Shown here one piece after another: positions 19,262 through 28,779 of a DNA stretch of 64,000 nt. Every line of letters starts with the position of its first letter. Within the stretch, counting starts at the first letter, position 1. Location of the stretch: positions 9,220 to 73,219 of the forward strand of contig CAZOHT010000011.1 in assembly GCA_964579825.1 (NCBI GenBank), written 5' to 3'. The position numbers and the translations under genes were made by a program. The DNA comes from an uncultured Anaerolineaceae bacterium (lineage in GTDB: Bacteria > Chloroflexota > Limnocylindria > Limnocylindrales > CSP1-4). The notes under the pieces are model-generated. The model ran no database searches and was not told where the DNA came from. It worked only from the letters and a program-made list of their open reading frames with translations.

Positions 19262-20487
19262 GTGGTCCGACGTTCTCGGCGCCGATGCATCCCGAGGATG
19301 CCGCGGCCGACCTGGACTCCGAAGGCACGCTCGTCGGAGACGAGGCGATCCGCGACGAGGCCGGTGCGGAGGACGCCGCGGCGATCTCGCGGGCCGCCCT
19401 GGAGGCCGAGGTCGCGGCGGGTGCGACCCTCGGGCGACGCCGCTGGCCGTTGCCCAAGCAGGCGGACCCGAACGCGCCGCTGCTGGTCGTCGAGAACCTG
19501 CGGACCCACTTCACGCTCGAGTCGGGCACCGTCAAGGCGGTCGACGGCGTGAGCTTCACGCTGAACCACGGTGAGGCGCTCGGGATCGCCGGTGAATCGG
19601 GCTGTGGCAAGACGACGACCGCCCTGTCGCTCGTCAGGATCCTGCCGTCCAACGCGAAGATCGTCGACGGCAGCGTCAAGCTGATGGGGATCGACCTGGT
19701 CACCAAGTCCGAGACGGGCCTCCGTCGGTACCGGTGGCGCGAGATCAGCATCGTCTTCCAGGGCGCGATGAACGCGCTCAACCCGGTCCAGCGGGTGCGG
19801 GACCAGATCGCCGAGCCGATCGTCGAGCGCCTGGGTCAATCGCCCGAGGCCGCCCGCAAGCGGGCCGGCGAGCTGCTGGAGCTCGTCGGGATCCCGAAGA
19901 AGCGCGGCAAGGCGTACCCGCACGAACTGTCCGGCGGCATGCGCCAGCGCGCGATGATCGCGATGGCCCTGGCGTGCGACCCGGCCGTGGTCATCGGCGA
20001 CGAACCGACCACCGCGCTCGACGTCATGGTCCAGGCGCAGATCCTGCAACTGCTGGAGGATCTCCGGCACAAGCTGGGCCTGTCCCTGGTGCTCATCACC
20101 CACGACCTGTCGGTCATCGCCGAGACCTGCGACCGGACGATGATCATGTACGCGGGTCGGGTCGCCGAGGAGGGTCCGGTCTCGGAGATCTTCCGTCGAC
20201 CGCGTCACCCATACACGCAGAAGCTGCTGGCCGCATTCCCGAACATCCACGCCGACCGGCGGACGCTCGACGTCATCCCCGGCTCGCCACCGGATCTGCG
20301 CGACCCGCCGCCGGGCTGCCGCTTCGCGCCGCGCTGCGCGTTCGCGATGGATGTGTGCACGGAGGTCGTGCCGCCCGAGGTGACGTTCGACGGCGTCCGG
20401 GTCGCCTGCCACCTGTACCCCGAAGGCAGCGACGGGGTCCCGATCACCGTGCCACCCGAGCCGGTCGGGGCTGGAGCGCCGGCGTGA
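19258..20487 (+). CDS. ABC transporter ATP-binding protein (OppD/DppD type)
   Basis: ATG at 19258 is in the frame of track ORF 18355..20487. Walker A GESGCGKTT, signature LSGGMRQR and an oligopeptide-type C-terminal domain are present. Confidence 0.9.
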   Translation: MSGPTFSAPMHPEDAAADLDSEGTLVGDEAIRDEAGAEDAAAISRAALEAEVAAGATLGRRRWPLPKQADPNAPLLVVENLRTHFTLESGTVKAVDGVSFTLNHGEALGIAGESGCGKTTTALSLVRILPSNAKIVDGSVKLMGIDLVTKSETGLRRYRWREISIVFQGAMNALNPVQRVRDQIAEPIVERLGQSPEAARKRAGELLELVGIPKKRGKAYPHELSGGMRQRAMIAMALACDPAVVIGDEPTTALDVMVQAQILQLLEDLRHKLGLSLVLITHDLSVIAETCDRTMIMYAGRVAEEGPVSEIFRRPRHPYTQKLLAAFPNIHADRRTLDVIPGSPPDLRDPPPGCRFAPRCAFAMDVCTEVVPPEVTFDGVRVACHLYPEGSDGVPITVPPEPVGAGAPA

Positions 20488-21662
20488 GCGAGGAGCCCGT
20501 GTCCGCCGCCGCCGATCCAGGGATCCCGGACCCGCCTGACGCGCCGGCCGTGCCTGACGCGCCGGCCGTGCCCGACGCGCCGGCCGTGCCGCTGGTCGAG
20601 GTCAAGGGCCTCGAGGTCCACTTCCCGATCCGCGGCGGCATCATGGACTCCCTCCGCCGACGCGCTCGGGGCTATGTCCGGGCGGTCGACGGGGTCGACC
20701 TGACCCTCAACCGGGGTGAGGTCCTCGCGCTCGTCGGCGAGTCCGGCAGTGGCAAGACCACGACCGGGCGGGTCATCGTGAAGCTCACGAAGCAGACCGG
20801 CGGCAGCCTGACATTCGAAGGTCGCGACGTGAGTGCGCTGTGGGGCGCCTCGAAGCTGCGTCCCTACCGTCGTCGCGTGCAGCTCATCTTCCAGGACCCC
20901 TACGAGACCCTGAACCCGAAGCAGTCCATCTACGACTTCGTGGCCGAACCGCTGGCGGTCAACGGCCTCGCGACGGGCGAAGCGCGTCGTCCTCGGGTCT
21001 TCGCGGCCCTGGAATCGGCCGGGCTGCGGCCGGCGTCGGACTTCGCGTTCCGCTTCCCGCATGAGCTGTCCGGTGGGCAGCGACAGCGCGTCGTCATCGC
21101 CGGAGCCCTGGTGATGGACCCCGACATCATCGTGGCCGACGAGCCGGTCTCGATGCTCGACGTGTCCATCCGCACGGAGCTGCTGCGGCTCATGCTGGAT
21201 CTCCGCCGTGAGCGTGGCCTGACCTACCTGTTCATCACCCACGACCTGTCGCTGGCCTGGGTCATCGCGGACCGGATCGCCGTCATGTACCTGGGCAAGA
21301 TCATGGAGATCGGGCCGGCCGAGCGGGTCATCCGCTCGCCGCGCAACCCGTACACGCAGGCGCTGGTGTCGGTCTCGCCGTCACCGGATCCACCCTCCAT
21401 CGGCGGGCGAGCGCGTCGCACGATCCTCGAGGGCGAGACGCCGGATGCGGCGCACATCCCGCCCGGGTGCCGCTTCCATCCGCGCTGTCCGGTGGCCTTC
21501 GATCGATGCAAGGTGGAGGAGCCCCCGCTGTTCGACGTCGGCGGCGGCCAGTCGGCAGCCTGCTGGCTGGCGAAGGACGGTCAGTTGCCGGTCGTGGAGC
21601 CGGTCGTTGAGCCGGTCGGGGCCCCGGCCGGGCCAGTCGAGGCGGCATCCGACCCGACATGA
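20484..21662 (+). CDS. ABC transporter ATP-binding protein (OppF/DppF type)
   Basis: The GTG at 20484 overlaps the upstream TGA. Walker A GESGSGKTT and signature LSGGQRQR are present. Confidence 0.9.
   Translation: MSEEPVSAAADPGIPDPPDAPAVPDAPAVPDAPAVPLVEVKGLEVHFPIRGGIMDSLRRRARGYVRAVDGVDLTLNRGEVLALVGESGSGKTTTGRVIVKLTKQTGGSLTFEGRDVSALWGASKLRPYRRRVQLIFQDPYETLNPKQSIYDFVAEPLAVNGLATGEARRPRVFAALESAGLRPASDFAFRFPHELSGGQRQRVVIAGALVMDPDIIVADEPVSMLDVSIRTELLRLMLDLRRERGLTYLFITHDLSLAWVIADRIAVMYLGKIMEIGPAERVIRSPRNPYTQALVSVSPSPDPPSIGGRARRTILEGETPDAAHIPPGCRFHPRCPVAFDRCKVEEPPLFDVGGGQSAACWLAKDGQLPVVEPVVEPVGAPAGPVEAASDPT
20535..20588 (+). repeat. 3 x 18-bp in-frame tandem repeat (PDAPAV)3 in the N-terminus of the OppF-type ATPase
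   Basis: cctgacgcgccggccgtg occurs twice, followed by cccgacgcgccggccgtg. Confidence 0.9.
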
Positions 21663-22198
21663 CCGACGTGGCGCCACTGTCGATCGCCAGGATCGCCGAC
21701 CTGCTCGAGGCCGGTGCCCGGATCGTCGAGGCGGAGATCGGGGCGCTCGGCGACGAGTCCGGCTGGCGGCCCGCTCCGGGCGAATGGAGCGCGAACGAGT
21801 GCGTCGGGCACCTCATCGAGGCCGAGCGGCGCGGCTTCGCCGGTCGCGTCCAGGCGATCCTCGCGACCGAACGACCGGACATCTCGGCCGATCTCGAGTC
21901 GTGGGACCCACCGCTGGTCGCCGAGGCCAGGCGCGATCACGAGCGCGACGGTGGGGAACTCGTCGCGGAGTTCATGGCGATGCGGACCGCCGGCGTCGCC
22001 ATCGTGCGCGGGCTGACGCCGGACGACCTGCCGCGGATCGGCGTGCATCCGGCCGTGGGCCCGCTCCGCGTCGACGAGGTCATCGGCGAGTGGGTGCACC
22101 ACGACCGGAATCACATCCGGCAGTTGCTCGAGGTGACCCAGTCGCGCGTGTGGGGCCAGATGGGCACCGCGCGCCGGTTCAGCCTCGAGGATCTCTAG
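21659..22198 (+). CDS. DinB-family (DinB_2-like) metal-dependent protein
   Basis: 179 aa. His-containing motifs HLIEAERRGF and WVHHDRNHIRQL are present. The start ATG overlaps the oppF-type stop (ATGA). Confidence 0.7.
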   Translation: MTDVAPLSIARIADLLEAGARIVEAEIGALGDESGWRPAPGEWSANECVGHLIEAERRGFAGRVQAILATERPDISADLESWDPPLVAEARRDHERDGGELVAEFMAMRTAGVAIVRGLTPDDLPRIGVHPAVGPLRVDEVIGEWVHHDRNHIRQLLEVTQSRVWGQMGTARRFSLEDL

Positions 22199-22863
22199 GC
22201 GGCCGGCGGCTCCGACCGCTCCATCAGGCGGAAGACCCCGAAGCCGATGATCCCACCGATGGTCGGGCCGACCAGGTAGATCCACAGCGAGGACAGATCG
22301 CCGCCGACGACGGCCGAGCCGATCGACCGGGCCGGGTTGACCGACGAGCCGCTCAGCGTGGCGATCGCGAAGTGGATGGCGACGAGGGTCAGCGGGATGA
22401 AGATCGCAGCGAGGCTGCCGGCCCGCTTCGAGGTCGTCAGGATCACCACGAGGAAGATCGCGGTGAAGACCGTTTCGAGGACGAGCGCTCCGATGTCGGT
22501 GATGCCGGTGCCGGGCTGGGTGATGCCGGCGGCGACCGCGGCCTGGCTGACCGTGACGAGGACGACCGCCGCGGCCGCGATCGCGCCGATGATCTGCGCC
22601 ACGATGTAGCCGACGGCCTCGACCGGGGTGGTGCGCTTGTCGAGGACCATGGCGACCGTCACGGCCGGATTGTAGTGACCCCCGGAGATGTGTCCGAAGG
22701 CGGCGATGGCGGCGAGCAGGCCGAGGCCGAACGAGAACGGCACGACCAGGAGCCCGGCGGTCGGCGGTGCCGCCGCGTTGAACGCCGCGACGGACGCATA
22801 GCCGATCATCATGAACAGGAACGTGCCGATCAGTTCCGCGAGGTACTTGGGTGCGCTGGACAA
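22195..22863 (-). CDS. aqpZ: Aquaporin / MIP-family channel
   Basis: Two NPA boxes are present (HYNPAVT and SVNPARS). TTG start at 22863 lies 7 nt after GGAGGG. The track ORF 22195..23961 is over-extended. Confidence 0.85.
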   Translation of the reverse strand: MSSAPKYLAELIGTFLFMMIGYASVAAFNAAAPPTAGLLVVPFSFGLGLLAAIAAFGHISGGHYNPAVTVAMVLDKRTTPVEAVGYIVAQIIGAIAAAAVVLVTVSQAAVAAGITQPGTGITDIGALVLETVFTAIFLVVILTTSKRAGSLAAIFIPLTLVAIHFAIATLSGSSVNPARSIGSAVVGGDLSSLWIYLVGPTIGGIIGFGVFRLMERSEPPAA

Positions 22864-22907
22864 GGTAGATCCCTCCGATCCCTGGTAACTGGCTGGTTGT
22901 CGGGCGC

Positions 22908-23534
22908 TCACACGATACCCAGTGTGACCCGCGCAGCGCGAATCAGGAGCGCGTCGCGCCAGGTCCGACAGAGCACCTCGACCAGCTCGAGCCGATCGGT
23001 CGCGCTGGCCAGGTCGTCGCCGACGGCGACCGCTCCATGGCGCTCCAGCAGGACCGCCCCAGGGAGCGGCTCGGGTGGCTCGACGAGAGCGACGGCGATC
23101 CGATCGGCCAGTTCCTGGCTGCCCATCTCGCCGAACGTGAGGTACGGGAGTCGGGGCAGGAACAGCGCGGTCTCGGGGAGGGCGGTCGGGTCCGGGACCT
23201 CGCCGGCGAGGGTCAGCGCCATCGACGCCGGCAAGTGGGCGTGGGCGACCGCCCCGATGTCCGGCCGGCTCGTGTAGGCCGCCAGGTGGATGGCCAGGTC
23301 CGACGACGGCCGGAGGCCGGACCGCGACCGCGGCTCCGCGTCCGGATGGTCCAGCCGGACGATGACGAGGTCGGTGGGCTCGAGTTCGTCCTTTCGACGC
23401 CCGGACGGGGTGATGACCAGCCGCGCTCCATCGAGCCGGACCGACAGGTTGCCCTCGCCCGCGCTGATGAGCCCCCGCGCGCCGAGCCGCCGGCCGGATC
23501 GCAGGATCGTGTCGGTGGCGGTCGCGAGGTCCAT
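22908..23534 (-). CDS. Class II aldolase / adducin-domain protein
   Basis: 208 aa. Motifs GEGNLSVR, ITPSG and the AHAH metal-binding histidines are present. Confidence 0.8.
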   Translation of the reverse strand: MDLATATDTILRSGRRLGARGLISAGEGNLSVRLDGARLVITPSGRRKDELEPTDLVIVRLDHPDAEPRSRSGLRPSSDLAIHLAAYTSRPDIGAVAHAHLPASMALTLAGEVPDPTALPETALFLPRLPYLTFGEMGSQELADRIAVALVEPPEPLPGAVLLERHGAVAVGDDLASATDRLELVEVLCRTWRDALLIRAARVTLGIV

Positions 23535-23578
23535 CCCGGCATCCTACGAGGCGCGGGGCCGCCCCGTACCATCCAGCG

Positions 23579-24838
23579 GTGACCGAACCGACGCCGCCCG
23601 AGGCCGAGCCCGCGCACCAGGTGGCCGAACCACTCGGTCGGAACCGCGACTTCAAGGTCGTCCTCGGAACGCAGGCCGTGTCGGCCTTCGGTGACGCGAT
23701 CAGTTTCACGGCGCTGCCGCTCCTGGTCCTGGCGCTCACCGGCTCGGGCCTGGCCATGGGCGTCGTCGGGGCGCTGCAGACGATCCCGGACCTGTTCCTC
23801 GCGATGCTGGCCGGCGCGCTCGCGGATCGCAGCGACCGCAAGCGGATGATGCTGCTGGCCGATCTCGGTCGCGCCGGCCTGACGGCCCTCATCCCCCTGT
23901 CGGTCATGCTGGACGGGCCGACGATGGGCGTCATCCTGCTCGTCGCCGCGCCGATGAGCATCCTGCGGGCCTTCTTCCTGGCCGGCTACACGGCGTCCGT
24001 ACCGGCACTCGTCGGGCGGTCGCACGTGGGCCGGGCGAACTCGTACTTCGAGGCGATCTACTCGGTCGGATTCATCCTGGGCCCGGCCATCGCGGGCATC
24101 CTCGCGACCACGATCGGTCCGGGCCCGACGCTCGCCATCGATGCCGTGTCGTTCGCCCTGTCCGGCTTGGGGCTGCTGCTCGTGCGGCGTGACCTGCGGG
24201 CCCCGATCGATCGCCCGCGCGAACCGCTGCTGACTGAGATCCGACAGGGGATCGACTTCATCCTCGGCCATCGGACCCTTCGCGTCGTCATCCTGTTCTG
24301 GGGTCTCGTCTCGATCACCATCGCGTCGATCGTGTCCGCACTGGCCGTCCACATCACGATCGATCTGGGGCTGCCCGCCTCGGTCCTCGGGATCATCCTC
24401 ACCGCGTTCGGCGGCGGGACGATCACCGGCGCCCTGCTCATGTCGCGGGTGAACCAGCAGCGCCCGGCGCCGCTCATGCTCGGCGGGACGGTGGCCACCG
24501 GGAGCATGCTGCTCGTCATCGCGACGGCGGCCCCCGTCCCGATCCTGATGGCCGCGGCCTTCGGCTTCGGGATCGCCCAGTCGGTGGTCATGCTGACCTA
24601 TATCACCTACCGGACGACCATCTCGCCGGACGAGCTCCTGGGCCGGATCGGCAGCACAGCACGCACGATCTCGCTGGGCCTCCAGCCGATCGGTCTGATC
24701 GTCGGCGGGCTCGTCATCGATGCGACGAGCGGCTCGACCGCCCTCATCGTCATGGGCCTCGGTGAGATCCTCATCTGCGCGGTCTTCGCGAGCGTCCCGT
24801 CCATGCGCCGCGCGAGCGCGACGCTGGGACGTGCCTGA
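23579..24838 (+). CDS. MFS transporter
   Basis: 419 aa, about 12 TM helices. The DRSDRKRMM loop motif lies between TM2 and TM3. Confidence 0.8.
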   Translation: MTEPTPPEAEPAHQVAEPLGRNRDFKVVLGTQAVSAFGDAISFTALPLLVLALTGSGLAMGVVGALQTIPDLFLAMLAGALADRSDRKRMMLLADLGRAGLTALIPLSVMLDGPTMGVILLVAAPMSILRAFFLAGYTASVPALVGRSHVGRANSYFEAIYSVGFILGPAIAGILATTIGPGPTLAIDAVSFALSGLGLLLVRRDLRAPIDRPREPLLTEIRQGIDFILGHRTLRVVILFWGLVSITIASIVSALAVHITIDLGLPASVLGIILTAFGGGTITGALLMSRVNQQRPAPLMLGGTVATGSMLLVIATAAPVPILMAAAFGFGIAQSVVMLTYITYRTTISPDELLGRIGSTARTISLGLQPIGLIVGGLVIDATSGSTALIVMGLGEILICAVFASVPSMRRASATLGRA

Positions 24839-24841
24839 GCG

Positions 24842-24982
24842 TCAGGCGGCCGCGGCCAGGACCGCGGGCTCATCGGCGGCCAGATGGGCCACGACGCCAC
24901 ACGCGTCGCAGGTGACGAGGTCCGCCTCGTCGTCCAGCGCGACGTGGCCGTCGCACCAGGGGCATTCGAGCGAGATCGTCAT
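24842..24982 (-). CDS. Small zinc-ribbon-like protein (46 aa)
   Basis: MTISLECPWCDGHVALDDEADLVTCDACGV carries two CxxC pairs. ATG at 24982 lies 7 nt after GGAGGA. The longer track ORF runs to 25042. Confidence 0.45.
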   Translation of the reverse strand: MTISLECPWCDGHVALDDEADLVTCDACGVVAHLAADEPAVLAAAA

Positions 24983-25050
24983 GGTCCGGTCCTCCATCGT
25001 CAGGGCGTCGACTGACTCGAGACTGGACCCGGTCTGTGACACCTACCCTG

Positions 25051-25647
25051 TCACACCGCTCCCACGTAGCGGAAACACGAGGGCAGGTGGTCGTCCACGA
25101 GGCCGATGCTCTGCATGTGGGCGTACATGATCGTCGAGCCCACGAAGCGGAAGCCACGCCGGTAGAGGTCGGCCGACAGGGCATCGGACTCGGGCGTCGT
25201 GACCGGGATGTCGCCCGGGCCGGCGGTCACCGGGAGACGACGCGGCGGTGGCGGCACGATCGTCGCGAGGTACGCCTCGAACGACCCGAACTCGGCGACG
25301 ACGTCGAGGAAGCGCCGTGCGTTCACGATCGTGCAGCCGATCTTCGACCGGTTCCGCACGATCCCTGGATCGGCCATGAGTCGGGCCCGGTCCGTCTCGT
25401 CGAACGCGGCGACCACGACCGGATCGAACCCTCGGAACGCGGTCCGGAACGCGCGCCGCTTGTGCAGGATGGTCGACCACGACAGGCCGGCCTGGAAGGA
25501 CTCCAGGGCGAGTCGCTCGAAGTGGTCGACCGCACCGACGATGGGGCGACCCCACTCGTCGTCGTGATACGCGATCATCTCGGGGTCCGGCCGGGTGGAC
25601 TCGGCGCTCGACCACGGGCAGCGAGGCGGCTCCGGCCGCGACTCCAC
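25051..25647 (-). CDS. tag: DNA-3-methyladenine glycosylase I
   Basis: RCPWSS...YHDDEWG, FQAGLSW and IVRNRSKI motifs are present. The GTG at 25647 is in the track frame, immediately after the stop of the upstream SpoIID-like gene. Confidence 0.9.
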   Translation of the reverse strand: MESRPEPPRCPWSSAESTRPDPEMIAYHDDEWGRPIVGAVDHFERLALESFQAGLSWSTILHKRRAFRTAFRGFDPVVVAAFDETDRARLMADPGIVRNRSKIGCTIVNARRFLDVVAEFGSFEAYLATIVPPPPRRLPVTAGPGDIPVTTPESDALSADLYRRGFRFVGSTIMYAHMQSIGLVDDHLPSCFRYVGAV

Positions 25648-25652
25648 GGCCG

Positions 25653-27194
25653 TCAGGGGATCGCCGCGAGCGCGAACAGGGTGCTGCGCAGCATCGGATC
25701 CGCGCTCCCCTTGCCGGCGTTGAACACGGACCGGAAGACATCGCCCGAGACCCGCTTCGTACCGGCCGTCCCGATGAGCGTGACGCTGCGATACCGCCCC
25801 GACACGCCCCGGTCGCGCAGGTCGAGCGCGGTCAGCGTGCCGACGTTCGTCCGGGCGTCCGTGGCGAAGATCGCCGAGAGTGCGACGCGCGTATACGTCT
25901 TCGTCTGCCAGGTGGCGTACGGGGCGGCCGCGTCGAACGCCCGGCCGTCCGGCGCGCGATCGGACGACCCGCGCAGGTAGCTGACCGGGCCGGCCACGAC
26001 GGCCCCGGTCGCCGACACGTAGACGTTCTCGTTGTGCTCCGTCGCGCCACCGCCGGTCGAGTGGAACAGCGTGTTGGCGATGCTGGAGCCGCTCTTGAGG
26101 ATGACGCCCGACGTCGCGCGGATGAGGGCATTCGTCGTGGCGGTCTCGCCCTTGACGCCTCGATAGACCTGCGAACTCGTCGTGTCGGTCACGTCGTAGT
26201 ACGACACCCCAGGGCGGAGGCGGCGTGCCGCGTACGAGCGGGCGGCGATCGTCTGGGCCTTGAGCGCCTCGGCCGGCCACGACGCGGGCATCTCGGCCGG
26301 CACCACGCCCGGCAGGTACAGCTCCATCCGGACCTCGTTGACGACCGACACGGTCGGGGCGATCGAGGACGTGTAGAGGCGCAGGAACCCGCGATACGTG
26401 TCGTAGGTCGACGGCTTCGAGTAGACCTGCAGGCGGCCGCTGCCGGTCGCCCCGCGGACGACGAGCGTCGTCGGCTTCGGTCCGTCATGGAGGATCGTGC
26501 CGCTCGGGGCGTTGACCCGGATCCGCCAGGTGGTGCGCGGGCCCGAGGCGGTCGTCGTCGTGGTCGGGATCACCCGCAGCATCGAATCGACCGGGAACGT
26601 CTTGGCGATCCCGTCGATGGTCCAGGGCGTCGTGCGCCCGTAGATGCGGAGCGGCTTCGCGGCCGTCGCTCCCCAGTGCGACAGGACCAGCACGCGAACG
26701 GGGGCGTACGGATCCATCGAACCGAGTGTCGTGCCCTGGTAGTAGTGGGCCAGGATCGCCGGCGCGTCCTGGCCGGCGAGGGCTCGTCCGCGCGCACCGT
26801 ACTGCGACAGCCCTACGCCGTGGCCATAGCCGCGGCCGAACAACGTGACCGTCGAGCCTAGCGTCGTCGGGCCGGTCGGGACGGGCGTGGGTGTGGGGGT
26901 CGGGACGGGCGTAGGTGAGGGGGTCGGGCTGGGACTCGGCGTCGGTTCCGGTGTCGGCGTCGGACTGGGACTCGGCGTCGGATCCGGCGTCGGTGTCGGT
27001 GTCGGCGTCGGCTCGGCGGTCGGCGTCGGGGTCGGTGTCGGCGTCGGATCGGGCTCGGCGGCGCGGACGCCAAGCGGGATCCCGACCAGGCTGAACGCGA
27101 GGATCAGGATGCCCACGGCGCGAGCCTGGGTTCGAAGCTGGGACCTGGACGCCAACGACAACGCGTGCCTCGTTCGTGCGGTGACCCAGAGCAT
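25653..27194 (-). CDS. SpoIID/LytB-domain protein (cell-wall amidase enhancer-like), secreted
   Basis: [17 protein letters not shown] SpoIID motif, an N-terminal TM/signal segment and a Pro/Thr linker. Start set at the ATG at 27194 because codons 27195..27260 have visibly lower third-position GC. The ATG at 27260, which has GGGAGGG upstream, remains possible. Confidence 0.8.
   Translation of the reverse strand: MLWVTARTRHALSLASRSQLRTQARAVGILILAFSLVGIPLGVRAAEPDPTPTPTPTPTAEPTPTPTPTPDPTPSPSPTPTPEPTPSPSPTPSPTPVPTPTPTPVPTGPTTLGSTVTLFGRGYGHGVGLSQYGARGRALAGQDAPAILAHYYQGTTLGSMDPYAPVRVLVLSHWGATAAKPLRIYGRTTPWTIDGIAKTFPVDSMLRVIPTTTTTASGPRTTWRIRVNAPSGTILHDGPKPTTLVVRGATGSGRLQVYSKPSTYDTYRGFLRLYTSSIAPTVSVVNEVRMELYLPGVVPAEMPASWPAEALKAQTIAARSYAARRLRPGVSYYDVTDTTSSQVYRGVKGETATTNALIRATSGVILKSGSSIANTLFHSTGGGATEHNENVYVSATGAVVAGPVSYLRGSSDRAPDGRAFDAAAPYATWQTKTYTRVALSAIFATDARTNVGTLTALDLRDRGVSGRYRSVTLIGTAGTKRVSGDVFRSVFNAGKGSADPMLRSTLFALAAIP
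26868..27056 (-). repeat. Low-complexity Pro/Thr/Ser linker coding region
   Basis: It encodes [60 protein letters not shown]. At the DNA level it is a degenerate short-period repeat. Confidence 0.85.
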
Positions 27195-27280
27195 GCGTGG
27201 TGCGTCCGGTCCACGGCCATGGCCCGTCAGGACCACGTGGCCGCCATCCGAACGAGCCATGCACAGGCTACCCTCCCGTC

Positions 27281-27796
27281 ATGGGGTTGCGTCTGTACCT
27301 GGGACACGGGGCGAGCGGAACGGCCGCCAGCATGGCGCCGTTCGTGGGTGGCCTGGCCGCCCGCGGGATCGATGCGACCGCCATCGACCTGCCGAAGCGC
27401 AAGGCCGAGGACGCCGTGCCGGCGTTCCACCTGGTCGTCCCGGACGGCCCGGACGTGGCGGTCGGCGGGCACTCGTACGGCGGCCGCGTCGCCAGTCTCG
27501 CGGCTGCGGAGCCCGAGGCGGCCTACCGCGCGCTCGTCCTGTTCAGCTACCCGCTCCACCCGCCCGGCGCCCCGGAACGGACCGACGCCCGGATCGCCCA
27601 CTGGCCGGCCATCCGGTGCCCGGTCCTCCTCCTGTCGGGGGAGTCCGACCCGTTCGCCCGGATCGAGCTGCTGCGGGCGGCGGTCCCGCGGCTGGCCGAC
27701 GCGGAACTGGTCACCTACCCGCGGCTCGGGCACACGCTGAAGCCGGTGATGACGGACGTCCTGGATCGCGTGGCGGCCTTCCTGGCCGCTCTCTGA
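27281..27796 (+). CDS. Small alpha/beta hydrolase (KANL3/Tex30-like family)
   Basis: 171 aa. Nucleophile elbow GGHSYGG is present, with a late Asp/His region (SGESDPF ... RLGHTL). ATG at 27281 is in the track frame. Confidence 0.75.
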   Translation: MGLRLYLGHGASGTAASMAPFVGGLAARGIDATAIDLPKRKAEDAVPAFHLVVPDGPDVAVGGHSYGGRVASLAAAEPEAAYRALVLFSYPLHPPGAPERTDARIAHWPAIRCPVLLLSGESDPFARIELLRAAVPRLADAELVTYPRLGHTLKPVMTDVLDRVAAFLAAL

Positions 27797-27926
27797 TGGC
27801 TCGGGGTTGACCGCCGACGTATCCTGAAGACTCCCCCGGGAGTCCGCGGCCGTCGTCGCGGGACACCCCACAACGCCCGGCATCCGACGTGCTCACCGCG
27901 TCGTCCGGGTACGGAAGGAGCTCCGA

Positions 27927-28772
27927 TTGCCGGTCCTGACCGGCCGCCGTCGCGCGGTCGCCATCGCCTTGCTGGCGATGACCCTCATCCCCGTGGTGGC
28001 GGTCCCCACCGCCACGGCCACGACACCCCCGCCCGGCCTCGCTCGATTCATGGCGGCTGTCGCCAAGGTCGAGTCCGGTGGTCGCTACACGGCCCGCAAC
28101 CCGGTCTCGGGTGCCTATGGGAAGTACCAGATCATGCCGTCGAGCTGGCGGGCGTGGGCCCGCCAGTACCTCGGGAACGCGAACGCCCCGGCGACCGCGG
28201 CCAACCAGGAGAAGGTGGCCAAGGCCAAGATGACCAGCCTGTACCGCTGGCTCGGGAAGTGGTCGCGCGTCGCCTACTGGTGGCTGACCGGTTCGGACCG
28301 GACGAGCGGCTGGTCCTCGGCCTCGAGGTCGTACGTCACCAAGGTGATGACCCACTACTACGGCAGCGCCGGGACGCCGGGCGGTGGATCCACCGCCGGC
28401 AAGCTCAAACACGTCTCGGAGGCGAGCGCGACCATCGACTACGCCGGGCGCTGGCGGACGGCCGGCCACCACGGCTACGTCGGCGGGCACGTCAGGTACT
28501 CGCAGCAGGCGGGCGCCACCGCCACGCTCCGGTTCACCGGCACACGGATCCAGTGGTACGGCCCGGTCGGGCCCACGCGGGGTCAGGCGCGCGTGTCGAT
28601 CGATGGGGCCGTGGTCCGCGTCGTGAACCTGCATCGGCCCGGCTTCAAGGCCCATGCCCTGGTGTTCACCCAGGCGTGGTCCACGGCCGGCACCCACACG
28701 CTGACCATCGAGGTCATCGGGACGAAGGGCCACCCGCTGGTGGCCGTGGACGAGTTCGTCGTCCGGCGCTGA
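27927..28772 (+). CDS. Secreted lytic-transglycosylase-like protein with a C-terminal beta-rich module
   Basis: TTG start lies after GGAAGGAG. A signal peptide is present. AKVESGGRYTARNPVSGAYGKYQIM resembles the catalytic Glu-Ser region of SLT-type transglycosylases. Confidence 0.6.
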   Translation: MPVLTGRRRAVAIALLAMTLIPVVAVPTATATTPPPGLARFMAAVAKVESGGRYTARNPVSGAYGKYQIMPSSWRAWARQYLGNANAPATAANQEKVAKAKMTSLYRWLGKWSRVAYWWLTGSDRTSGWSSASRSYVTKVMTHYYGSAGTPGGGSTAGKLKHVSEASATIDYAGRWRTAGHHGYVGGHVRYSQQAGATATLRFTGTRIQWYGPVGPTRGQARVSIDGAVVRVVNLHRPGFKAHALVFTQAWSTAGTHTLTIEVIGTKGHPLVAVDEFVVRR

Positions 28773-28779
28773 CCGAACG

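Noticed and set aside
22195-22198. The shared CTAG where the DinB-family and aquaporin stop codons overlap on opposite strands. Other convergent 3' overlaps occur at 2217..2254 and 45059..45069.
   Set aside because: This is a compact-genome curiosity. There is no evidence of regulatory significance.
26868-27056. The periodic ggcgtcgg-type DNA repeats interpreted as a CRISPR array or minisatellite.
   Set aside because: They lie inside the SpoIID-like ORF and encode a Pro/Thr/Ser linker. There is no repeat-spacer organisation.
27797-27926. A c-di-AMP (ydaO-type) riboswitch upstream of the secreted transglycosylase-like gene, as seen before rpf-type genes in actinobacteria.
   Set aside because: The gap is only ~130 nt. 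I see only a short GACTCC/GGAGTC palindrome and none of the characteristic pseudo-symmetric ACGGGG/CCGA-type conserved segments.
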